Origin: the human T2T-CHM13v2.0 reference genome, Homo sapiens
NCBI RefSeq assembly: GCF_009914755.1
Contig: NC_060925.1
Direction: 5' to 3' (one strand)
DNA length: 64,000 nucleotides
The position numbers and the translations under genes are program-made. Of this stretch, positions 40,451 through 53,120 are shown in pieces. Numbering within the stretch: the stretch's first letter is position 1; every line of letters starts with the position of its first letter. The notes beneath the pieces were generated by a model. The model worked only from the letters and a program-made list of their open reading frames with translations, did not search any database and had not been told where the DNA came from.

Positions 40451-42679
40451 TATAGCTTTTATAATAGCAAATTAGATACTTTGTTCATTGTCAAAAAAAA
40501 ATTGTCCTTTGGGTTTTGGGGTCTTTTTCTGTATTAATTTATTTATTTCTTATTTTTTAATTAACAAAAATCTATACATTTATAGAATACAACATGGTAT
40601 TTTGACATATGTATACATACATTGTGGAATGGCTAAATGAAGCTAATTAACATAAGCAAAAACCTCGTCCTTTTGATTCTAATACCTGACTTGTCTTCCT
40701 TTCCTTAGTTCTGATTTTCTTTCTATCTCATAAGCCTTGTAACATATGTACCCTTTGCTATGGGTATATTAATAAACAAATAATATATATAAAACAAACA
40801 GTATATTAATAAACAAATAATATAATACAATGAAAGATTCTTGACTTAGGCATTTGAAGGAGCAGGAGATGACAGTTAATTGAAAATAAAAATTAACGAA
40901 TTAAGAGCTAATTAATGAAGACCCTCCAACTTTCTTCATGTTCTTGTGCTTCTCAGACTTTTGAGCACAAGTCCAGGCAAACAAGCATTCAGGATCAACA
41001 GGACAGGGGTTGGAGAGGGGCTCCTCTGCTCACCCCAGGATGAGGGGGCTACCAAGGACCTGGCCTTTCTCTGCTGAGCACCCTGCCAGTCCTAGGTCAG
41101 GCCCTGTGGAGGGAGCTGGAATATGTGAGTGGTGGTTGGTTAAAATTGGGCATCAGTGTTGTGGTCTATCTGATCCCCAGGACCTTGAAGGCTAAGATAC
41201 CCAGTCTCCCAGTTGAAGTGTTGTGGCAGAGCAGTCACATGTGACAGGTGTCCAAAGCTTTCTGGTCCACATGGGGCAGTGTTACCCAACTTTTGCAGTG
41301 TGCTGAGACTTTATTCCTGCTGGAATGTCTGTTCCTAGAGGCACTTGGCACTTTATGGTCTATCAAACACATTCATGCTCATTATCTCATTTGAAAGATT
41401 CACTGCTGCTGTAACGGGCTTGTGGCCGTACTCCCTGCTGTCTCCCCAGCATGCAGGACAGTGCCTGTCTGTGTGCAATGAGTGGCAATGGCCATGGCAT
41501 CAAATGGGCACCAATGGTAGTGGACATCACAGATTTTTATCTGTAAAATGGAGATATTGGTACCTACTTCTGAGGGATATTGTGGAGATAAAATCAAGTC
41601 CTAGTTGTAAAACTCTTGGAAAGCCACTGACTCATTGTAAGGGGTAAACAAAAGTATCTGAAGAACCAAAGAACTGAAGTGTGGCGCTCAGGAACCTAGG
41701 GAGCATCCCACCTTCCTGAACTTGCAGGCTGTGGCTGCTGAAGAGTTCTTGAAACTCAAGGTCTTGATGTGGCGGGAAGCCTTGCAGGGTGGGGTGGGGT
41801 TGTACCCCATTTCACCATAGCGCCCTCCACCCATTTATTCTTACAAGGAGCAGTGAAGAAATCCCTTTTTTCTTATCGCCGAAACTGTGCAGAAGAAAGG
41901 CAGCACTTCAGGGGCCAGGTTGCCAAACTGCCCTGCTGAGCTCTGCAGGCTGAGTCAGGCATGGCCTAGGAATAGTTTTTCCAGAAGGAGTGATGGATTT
42001 GTGCTGATCTGGCCTTTCCCTTGTGATGAAAGCCAAAGGGCCCTCATGCCTCTGCAAACCCTGCAGTCTCACCCTGGGGGAAGGAGCTCAGAAGAACATC
42101 CGATCATCACCTCAGGCACCCATTGGGACCCCATAGGGCCACAAAAGGAGTCCTTACTTTCCGTAGCTTCACAGAGTGAGGCTCCATCACAGCATAACCC
42201 ACTCTGCACCTCACTTCTCCCTGCCTTCTGAAGACAGCTTCATGCAGCAGGAGTCCTGGACTGTGCAGGAGCCCACATGGACACTTGAGCACTTACACGC
42301 TGTGTGGTGTGCGGCAACTTCCTCAGCTCCTCTGAGCCTTCATTTACTCAACTGCAAGATGGGAGTGACAACAATGCCAAATCCACAAATTATTTTAGGA
42401 ATTAAATGAAACAACTCTGTGACTCCTGGCCAGAGCAATGGTATTTATTTGTTTGCAATGATTTATTTGTTTGTTGCACATGACATTGTCACACAGACCA
42501 ATGTAGCCAATCAAGCTCAATCACTGTGACTTAAGATCCACCTTCTAATATTTTCCAAAACTACTGCCAACACCTGCCCAGTTCCAATTGATTGATCCCT
42601 GCCATGCTCTTACTCCAACATGCTTGCAAAAACCCCAGGCAGCCCAGCTTTTCCTCAGGATGCCAGTGTTTGAAGAAAT

Positions 42680-43180
42680 AACTTATCTTGGGAAAATTAA
42701 GTCATAATCATGCTTCTTTCCAATCTAAATAACCTTTGGTAGCTGCCCATATCTTTTAAGCTAAAAGTCAAAACTCCTTGACGTGGCTTTCAGGCTCCTG
42801 AGTGATGCGGCCTGTCTCCCGACTCCCCTCTGTCCTTCCTAACCCTTGCAATGGCCTGCACATGCCCACTGGGCCACTCCACACCACTGGACATGCTCTT
42901 CCATCTGGCTCCATTCCTTCCCCACCCATTTTTGTCCCCTACATATCCTGAAGGATTCTAGCTCAAGCATATTCTTCTCTAGGAAGACCCTATTGGCGCC
43001 GCCACCACAGTCTGTGTGCACCCCTAGAGTGTGTCCACATGTATCCCCTGTCTTGCAATCATTCATTCACATTCTGTCCTCCATACTACAGTATGAACTT
43101 CTTGGGGGTAGGGACTGTGTCTTGTTTGTCTTTGTATCTCCAGTTCTATCGCAAAGTAAATACTCAGTGAATGAATGAAT
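42680..43180 (+). mobile_element. L2 3' portion
   Basis: Ends with the L2 tail atactcagtgaatgaatgaat; typical gggggtagggactgtgtcttgtttgtctttgtatctccag. Confidence 0.75.
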
Positions 43181-44116
43181 GTCGTTTCTTTCTTGCTCCA
43201 GCACAGTTTTCTGGATAAGAAGGAAATTGCTTTCCAGTCTGCTTCTCCACTTCACCATCTCATGCCAGCTAATCTCTCCTTCTCAAGTCTCAGGTCCAAA
43301 GTCTCCCCCATCTTCAGCCCCCTCCCAGTCTCTTTCCCGAGTATCCGGCATGATTCAACCCCCCATCCACCAGTTTCTGCTCCATCACAAATAAGTAATT
43401 ATATGTATCTACATTTTGCATTTAACTATATTTGCATTTATCTCATGTGTGTTGCAAACACCAGGGGTGCTACTTATGGCAACTTTATCGGCAGATCCCG
43501 CAAAGTTTAAGAATGTATTCTGTGCCTGTAGTGTAAATAAAGCAGATTGGTCAATTGGGGCTTGAAACCAGTTTTGTTGTTGCTGTGTTAAAACAAACTA
43601 AATGGATGTCCCAGAGATGAGCTCTATCACAGTCTGACAGTAAAAAGGGTAAAGTGATAATAATTCTATAGCTGTAATAATTGTCAATCAGCCCTACAAT
43701 AATACTGATATTAACATTCACTGATTGTTTCCTGTGTGGTGAACAGAATACTAAGAGCTTTACTGACAACACTCACAACTGTCTAAAGGATCTAACGCTT
43801 ATGGCTGTGTGACCTTGAGTAATTACTTTGCTTTTTTTGCCTCCATTTCCTCATGAGTAAAATAAGTATAGTTATCGTACCTAAGCCTCATAATGATTAA
43901 ATGAGTTATTATATATAAACGTTTAGAGGAGGGCCTAGCACATAGCAAGCCTCCCAAAAATGTGATCCCTCCTCACCCCCAAAGTTAATCTGAATCTGAA
44001 TTAATTGGTCCTGGGATCTTCTACCTCAGAGTTTGCTGTGTGGCTCAGGCTGCCAAGGGAGTAGAACTAAAACCAACAGGTGGAAGAAACAGAAGGCAGC
44101 TATCTACTCATTATAA

Positions 44117-44483
<367 letters not shown>

Positions 44484-45601
44484 TATCTTAAGAAACTATC
44501 ATTCATGTGTACAAGGAAGCATATATAAAAAAAAATGCTTGAAGCTTTGTTTGTAATAATGAAAATCAGAACAACCTACATGCCCATCGATTTAGGAGTG
44601 GCTAAATAAACTGTGGCAGATCCAACCTATAAATTACTAAAGAATTGTGATAAGGAATAATGTTGCTTTATGCCTGTCAACAGCGTGAGCAAGGCAGGGT
44701 TCTAAGTTCTTACCTAAATTTACTCATCTAATCCTCACAAGACCCTGTGGCTATAGGTATACCACAATCCCAATTTATAAAGCAGAGAAACTGCGGCTGG
44801 AGGGTTTAAATAATTTGTATCATGCAACTAGCAAGTGACAAAGCTATGATCTGAGTCCAGGCAGTGTGGCCCCAGGCTCCATCCTCTTACCCTTCATGCT
44901 AATTTATTGCTGAGTGGGGAAAAAAGCAAGCAGCAGAAAGACACATAAAATATATAATACTATTCAGGTAAAATATACACACAACACAGTACCATGTTGT
45001 TTCTAAATATGTACATAAAGGTGAGAAAATGATCTATTTTAACAATCAAACCAATTTACAACATTGGTTGCCCATGTGAAGGTGCTAAAGGAACAAGGAT
45101 TGGCAGTGATGACCAGGAATAATTTCATCTTGACATATAACGTCTTAAATTTTAAAACAAAATGTGTTCCAGTATTATAGAATGACTTAAAATTTATAAA
45201 ATAAAAATAGTCAGAAGGAATCACCTACTTCAGGATTAAATGAGTTCCCTAACATAAAAAGCATTAGCTTAGATTTCTACTCTTGAGGAACTCTTCAGGG
45301 AGGGATTCAAGCATCAGTGAGGGATTGGACAGGAAAACCACCCCAGCTGGTTGGTTACCAGAGAAACTCAACATGCTCCCAATTAAACTCAGTATCTTTT
45401 ACCCTCAAACTTCTTAATCCTCTGGTCTCTCCTAGTTCCATAAGACATTGCTTACCTTTACCCAGTGTAATTATAATTCTGTATAAGTTCTGTTTTTCTA
45501 ACTCTAACTTCTTTATTCACATAAAATAACTTTCACTATTCTTCTGAAAGCCTTTAATAATGTGAAGATGGCTATTTATCCCTGTCTTCTCTCCTCCTAC
45601 T

Positions 45602-47340
45602 TCCACTTCTACCACCATCACCGCCACCACCACCGCCTCTGCCACCTCCACTACCATCATTTCCACCACCACCATCACCACCACCACCACCATCATCCTA
45701 GTTGTGGTGGTGCTGATAAGAACTAGTGGTAATGGTGATTATAGTGGCTGTAGCAGTGGTGGTGATGATGAGAATGAATCAAGGTAGCAATGTGATAGAT
45801 TGGTGCTGGTGATGGTGGTGGTGATGGTGGTGGTGGTGGTAATGGTGGTGGTAATGGTGGTGTAGGTGGTGGAGGTGGTGGTGGTGGTGGTGGTGGTGGT
45901 AGAAGTGGTGGTGGTGAAGGTGGTAGATGATGGTGGTGGTGGTGATAATTGTAGTGGAGGTGGTAGAGGTGTTGGTGGTGGTGATGGTGGTAGAAGTGGT
46001 GGTGGTGAAGGTGGTGGATGATGGTGGTGGTGGTGATAATGGTGGTGGAGGTGGTAGAGGTGTTGGTGGTGGTGGTGATGGTGGTAGAAGTGGTGGTGGT
46101 GAAGGTGGTGGATGATGGTGGTGGTGGTGATAATGGTGGTGGAGGTGGTAGAGGTGTTGGTGGTGGTGGTGATGGTGGTAGAAGTGGTGGTGGTGAAGGT
46201 GGTAGATGATGGTGGTGGTGGTGATAATGGTGGTAGAGGTGGTAGAGGTGTTGGTGGTGGTGGTGATGGTGATAGAAATGGAGGTGGTGGAGGTAGTGGT
46301 GATGCAGGTAATAGAGGTGGTAGTGGTGATGATGGAGGCAGTGGAGGTGATGGCAGTGGTAGTGCTGGTAGTACATGTTGGTGAAGGTGGTGAAAGGTGA
46401 GGATAGTGGTGGTGGTGGGTGGAGGTGGGTGATGGTGGTGGTAGTGGAGGTGATGGTGGTGGAGGTGGGGGTCGTGGTGGTGGAGGTGGGGGTCGTGGTG
46501 GTGGAGGTTATGAAGGTAGAGGTGGTGGTAGTGGTGGTGGTGGAGGTGGTGGGGTAGCTGTGGGTGATAGTGGAAGTTATGATCATGGTGATGGGTGATG
46601 GTGGTAGTGGTAGAGATGGTGGCAGTGGTGGTGTTGGTGGTACCTGATGGTGGTGGTGGTAGAGGTGAGGCTAGTGGTGGTGGAGGTGGGCGATGGTGGT
46701 GGTAGTGAAGGTGATGGTGGTGGAGGTGGTGGAGGTGGTGGTGATGGTGGGTGATAGTGGTGTTGGTGAAGGTGGTGGTGGGTGACGGTGGTAAAGGTGG
46801 TAGTATTAATGACAATCAGAATGAGTGCCAGTGCCATGACAGTAGTCGTGGTGATGGTGATGATGACACTGGTAGTGGTGATGGTGGTGGAGGTCACAAA
46901 GGAATAAGAAAACAATCTATTTTAAAGAAAAACAAACCACTGTGCCTACAACACAGCGCAGCACGTTGACATGGCAGTGATGACAATGGTAGTGATGGTG
47001 CAAAAGGTAGTGGATGTGATAGTGGTGGTAGCAATGGAGATGGGGGAGGTGGTGAAAGTGGCAGCGACGGTGGGAATAAGTGAAGATCAAAGTGGCAGTC
47101 CTTGTGATTGTGATGGCGATGGCGATACTGGTGAAGGTGATGAAGTTGGTGCAGCTGGTGGAGGTGGTGGTGGTGATGGTGGTAAGAATGAGCAGAGGCA
47201 ACAGTGTTAGTGGTGGGGATGGTGGTGACGATTACGGGGCAGATGATAACAATAAAGTGTTAGGCATTTGGCACAGAACTGAAAGTAATGGCAAGATAGA
47301 CATGGTGACCATGGTGATGATGAAAACAGGTTGGTGATGA
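45602..47340. repeat. (CCA)n then (GGT/GATGGT)n low-complexity tract with an internal ~94-bp VNTR (~45895-46270)
   Basis: CCA-rich 45602-45695, G-rich from ~45702; the unit gatgatggtggtggtggtgataat...gaaggtggt recurs at 45927, 46018, 46112 and 46206. Confidence 0.95.
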
Positions 47341-50300
47341 TGAAAACAGAGGTGTTTAGTTCAAGCAGGTGAAAAGACAAAAGCAGCTCTAGATCTAGGT
47401 CTGATACCTGGATACTGAGACCAAAGCTTCTTCCCCATTTTTGCTGCCGCCATTTGTCAGAAAAAGTGGAGAAAAGTTACATGGAAAGTAGACTAAGATG
47501 AGGACAGTAAATAGAATGTCACTACCCAAGCTATGGGGCCTATAGGACCTCATGTGCTCCTTCCCAGCCACAGCAGCTTTTTCTGGATCTCAGCCCTCCA
47601 TGTCTACTCCATTTGGGGTTTGCCATGATGACAATTTCCTGTGTGCATCGGAAAGCAAGAAAAGTGGAAAGAGAGTAAGACAAGTGCACCAAGGCAGTAT
47701 CCTGGAGTCTCTCTTCGCCCACCCTGGATAAGCCGTGGCCAGACCTGTCAGAGCTGGCCCTACTAATTGCTACTTCCATGTCGGGAGGTCACCAAGTGGG
47801 AGTGTGAGGCTGCATTCCAGTGGTGGTAGAAGGCCCCACCAGCCACACCTGCCCAACACTCCCACAGACACTGAGCCTGCTGAAGTACACTTGGCCTGTT
47901 CTACCATGGACAGCAAGGTGAGCAATTAGGCCCAGGAATCAGAAAACAATCTATTTTAAAGAAAAACAAATCACTGTGCCTACAGCAGCCTGTCCAAACA
48001 CAGTAATCACAATAACCATGGCATCCCTGAAAGCCAGTGGCATTTCTGAAACTCATTCCAGCAAACACAATAAACAATTTGGAGTTGAACCAGGCTAATT
48101 CCATCTCTGTCTGCCAAGGGTTTGGCTAAAGCACCTCCACTGTCTCATATTTGATTCTCTGAGGGATTAGGCACAATGAGAGCAGCAATTAATGTCACAC
48201 TTTTGCCCCTTCCTGGCACCTTCCCCTAGATTGTATTGGGTTTCCCAGATATGACACTATGCTGAGCAAGGCTGGCAGTTAAGTGTGGCATCCATATGTC
48301 CTGTCCATATGTCCTATGTATAGCCAGCTCTTAAGTGATGATGATAATGATGGTGATGGTGGTGGCGCCATCAGGGACTCCCAAATTGGGCTACATTATC
48401 TACTTACCAGAGCAAGCTCATCCTCCAATGAAATAACATCCTCCTAAGGCCACAAATGCCAAGCATCCCCTCAAATCACACTCTTTCCTGTTCTATCTTC
48501 TTCTCTCAAAAGCCTCATTACCTGCTCCCTACTGGGCACAATTGCCTTGGTTAGGATGTTCCCCTTTAGTTTTGTTTAACTCACACTTACAGGGCACCAC
48601 TGTGTAGCAGACACTTGGCAAAGTACTGGAGTTTCAGTGATGAACAACCTTCAATGATCAACAACTTTAATTTACAGAACTCAAGGAGTTCTTAGTCCAG
48701 CAAGGGAGATGGACATGTAATATATAATGTAAACACAATATGGAAAGTGGTTTTATTCGGTTTCTTTTAAGGTAAGCTCAGAATATTACAGGAGCACAAT
48801 AAGAGGGCACATAACCTAGTGTTGGACAAGGCTTCTTGAAAGCTCTTGGCTCACTTGGCCGAGACCCTCCTTTCCATCCAGCCCAAATTAAGGTTGAGTG
48901 GAAGACAAAACCTGAGTGTCCCCTGCTGAAGGGAGCCACGATAGCCCCCCCCCCCCATTCTCTCATGGAAGCTTAATAAATCAGCTTGAATCCCAGTTTC
49001 TTAGGGTCTTTAAGGTTCTGGATTCCTCAGCAATCTCTTCCTGGAAGGGGTCCAGGACTAAGGGACCAAACCCAACAACCTTCTGACCCAAAATCTTCTG
49101 GGGCTGAACTCTCCACATGTCCCCTCAACCCACTGCCAGCGGCATAAAAGGGAGAACATCACCAGACAAGGAGCAAATCAGGCTGCCAGTATTTTTGTGC
49201 AAGGAACTGTGAGCAATTAGAAACATCCAGTCCTTTCCTCATGAAGGTTACAGTCCTATCAAAGCTAGAAGAAACATGGAGATCAGCTAGCCCAGTCCAC
49301 TCACTGTATAGCTGAGGAAACTGAGCTGCCCAACATTGCACGAAACCTAGTCCTTGTCCCATTGAGCTAGAATGTGTGTTCCACAAAGGCAGGGAATTTT
49401 TTGTCTGTTTTGTCTCTGTCTAGAGCAATGTGTGACAACTAGACAGCTCTCAGAAAATATTTGCTGATGCTGATGTTGACACAGAATTGTATCACACCGG
49501 ACAGCAGGATTGTGGAAAACATGGGCTTTGGAGTCAGACAAATCCAACTGTAGTCCTGGCTCAGTTGCTTTTGACCGTGTGACCTTGGCAAGTTATTTGT
49601 GCTCCTCACACCTCACTTTTGTTATCTATGATATGTGGATAACAGTGCTACAGAATGTGGTGAGGTTCCAACATGGAGAAACACCCAACATAGCACCTGG
49701 AACATAGGATGTGCTCAATAAATGGTAGTTATCACTGCTAGTAATAGTATTAAGTACCGAGTGACTGACTCAGAGAAGAACTTGGGAGAGAACTGAACAA
49801 AAGGGGCAAAGCTAGCCAGACCCCCCAATCCAATATCAACCATGAAGGCAAACCCACGAGAGAAAATCTGCCCCTGAAATAGTTCCTCTATGCACTCCCC
49901 ACCCCTTCTCCCTCATTGACACCTGACACTTTATCACTGAGCTTCATCCTTTCCATTATAATTCTGACTCTTTTAACCTATCACTCCCTGAATAGAGAAG
50001 ACCCACTTTAAATCAGATGCCCACACTCTAATTTAAATGAATTGTACAATCTTTCCTTGAGTTCAACTAGCAGTGTTTAATCAAATACTGACTGTTTTCC
50101 AATGGCTTTCCCATATAATAGATCTTGTTTAATCTGCACAGCATCCTCAAAACATAGGCAAATCAAAGATATTTTACACATGAAGATATAGGATCAGAAA
50201 GGCTAAGCGGCACACTTGCAGTGTCACAGCTGGCAAATGATATAACCAAGATTCCGCCTCAGATCCTCTGACATCAATTCAGTCACCAAAGTCTCACCAA

Positions 50301-51859
50301 GACCCAGGAACAATTTCAATAATGAGCTAGTAGCAGAATGACAGAGGCTCAGGCATCCCCTGCTGAAGGAAGTCACAACAGCCTCCCCCTTCTATCATGA
50401 AAGCTAAATAAATCAGCTTGAATTTCAGTTTCTCAGGGTCTTTAATTTTCTGGGTTCCTCTGAGATCTCAGCCTGGGAGAGCTGAGATGTCTCAGCTGCT
50501 TGCATCTCAAGCAGCCAGTGCAATGCCTAGCCCAGCCCACAGCAAATGCTGGTAGAATGAATGGATGAACAAATAAACTCTTCCACATCTGCCTACTTCT
50601 GGAATTGTTACTGACCTAGATATTAGACGCTTTGGCCTGGGTGGGGAGGATATTAACCCCTAGGATGAGGGGCTCCAAGGACACACTGCCTGCTTCACAG
50701 GGTGCCTCTGGCTGCGTCCAAAGACAATGCTCTGGGCCAGCTCCTGAGTCTAGAGTGGCCCACAGTTCCAACGCTGTGTTTCAGCAGGGAGACAGACCCA
50801 CTCTCACACTTGCGAACCCTCCCCCTACCCTTAGGTGAATGTGGGGGCAGAACTCCTGCACCACAAGTGTTCATTTTCCAGGAGGACATGTGGAACTCTC
50901 CAAAGGGAAGAAGCAGGACCCGTGCTTTTAACCTAGTGTTTCCTAAACCTCAGTAATTCACATACCTCCTTGGTAGTTTTTCCCATATTCATGAACCACT
51001 TGTATGATTATTTATTCAACACTTTTCTCTGGATGAACTCACAATTTTTACTTAACCAGATTTATTTTTGAAGATATACTACCACGGTGTTACCTTTTTA
51101 CCTCATCCTAAGCAATGATACCCATAAAATAAATCTGAAGTGCTTACTGTGTACACATTAAAAGAAATATATTTTCTATTTTAATGTATAGCTATCAGAA
51201 TAAGGAGGATTTTTAACTCACTAGCAGAAAGCACACTTCGCTTTACGTAACTCTTCTGCAATCCATATAGGATCCAGCAGGGATTATGTGGAGTAAAATG
51301 TCCTAATTAATCACTGAGAGCAATTATACACCATGAATAATTTAATCATGCATCAACATCACAGTCATGTTGATAATGCAATAATACCAATAATCCAAAA
51401 ACCTGTGCTGACATCCACTTTAAAACTTCTAGTATGCTATAATCTCTATTATCTCTCCCTTTTGGAGCCAAACAGGCCTTATAATTTCTTGGAGTTGCCA
51501 GAATTTGATCACAGAGCCCAGAGTGGGGTAGGGAGAGATATTATTCTGACTAGACTCAAACCAGCACTGTTACAAATCTTGAAACAACTCCTCTGTCCTC
51601 CCTACCTCCCTTTTCTGTCTCCCTCTTTCTATTCTCTGCATCATTCTTTCTTTCCTTCTTTTTCTTTAAACAAACACTGACTCACTGCCTGGTGTATCCA
51701 CGGACTCCAGGTTTACTAAGAGCTGCAATGCCATCCCTGCCTTCCAGGAGCAAACAATCTTGTTGGGGAGGTGAAAATAGGGCAAAGACTTAATATTGTC
51801 CCCACCCAGGCCAAAACATCTAATACCCAGGTCAGTAACAATTCTAGATGTGGGAAGAT

Positions 51860-52450
51860 GTGAAAGAGTGCATTCATTCATCCATTCATTCTACCAGCAT
51901 TCATTGTGGGCTGGGCTAGGCATTGCACTAGCTGCTTGAAATGCAAGACAATGAACAAAACCTAGTAACTCCCCCTCCAAGGAGACCTCAGTCTAGGGAG
52001 AAATGGGGTTACTGAGCTGCATAAAGCCAAGTGTGCTTTCTGCAAGGTGAAGTGCTCTCAATCGAACTGGGATGCTGAGGAAGCTTTCCTGGAAGGGTGA
52101 TGTCTGATAGAGTATTGAAAGAGAAATTAGACAAATTAAGGAAGGGGGCATTCACAGATGGAGGGAAAAGCACAGGAAAAATATGAAGGCATGGGAAACA
52201 ACCTGACTCAATGGGGGAGAGGGTTTTGTTGAGTTTGGAGGACAATGCTCCTATCAGGGAGTAGTCAGAGATGAACAGGAACTGAACCACAAAAGGCCCT
52301 TTGGGCTAAGAAATCTGGACTTGCTCCTGATATGTAGACACTGAGGATTTTTAGTAGAAAAATGAAGTAACTGGGACAAATCCAGTAACAGTTGCTGCAA
52401 ATACACAGTAACAATGCAGTTACCATAGACACCAAGGCTGGCTGACAAGT
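51860..52450 (-). mobile_element. L2 relic
   Basis: Reverse L2 tail cattcattcatccattcattc followed by L2 body motifs (gaggaagctttcctggaagggtgatg). Confidence 0.7.
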
Positions 52451-52579
52451 GAGAATCCGAGAGCAATCCTCAGGCCAGGAAAGAGGGCCAGCAATCCTGT
52501 TCACATTTCCAGGAGAAAGGAAACTGGTTCTTGAGGAAGAGTAGGGTGTGAGGACAGAGATTAAAGACAGTGGAGGTCT

Positions 52580-53120
52580 GAGACACACAGACACACATAG
52601 GAATATGTACACACATCACACACATACAGTGCACACATATTACACATGTGTATGTAGACATTTGTACACATATCACACATATGTACACACATAACATACA
52701 GCTATATGTGCATGCCATACCAAGAGACATGTGTACGCACAACACATGCACACACAGATGTGTACACTCATCACACACAGGCACATGTATGTGCATCACA
52801 TATACACAGATTGACATGTACACAGATCACACATATGACAGACATATGTGCACACATAACAGATATATGTACATACCACATACAAAGGCATGTGTACACA
52901 CATAACACATGCAGACAGACGTGTATGCTCATCACACAGGCATGTACATGTACATCACATATACACATATTGACATGTACAGAGATCATACATATGACAG
53001 ACATGTACGCACACCACACACAGAAACGTCTACACCCATACCCATAGATATATGTACACATATATGCACAGAGATGTGCACACACTGCACCATATGCACA
53101 CATTTACACTCATACACATG
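52580..53120. repeat. (CA/TA/TG) alternating low-complexity tract with an internal ~165-bp tandem duplication
   Basis: catcacatatacaca.attgacatgtaca.agatca.acatatgacagacat occurs twice (~52795-52845 and ~52953-53004). Confidence 0.85.

Noticed and set aside
45723-46915. Long minus-strand His/Pro/Thr-rich ORFs (287 and 358 aa) and plus-strand Gly-rich frames, tempting as a dead loricrin paralogue (GGC to GGT decay)
   Set aside because: They are translations of a simple repeat. The G-rich strand lacks the TCC/AGC/TGC/TAC codons of loricrin, CpG decay would give CA as well as TG, the 94-bp unit breaks frame, and there is no EDC-type acceptor or terminal motif.
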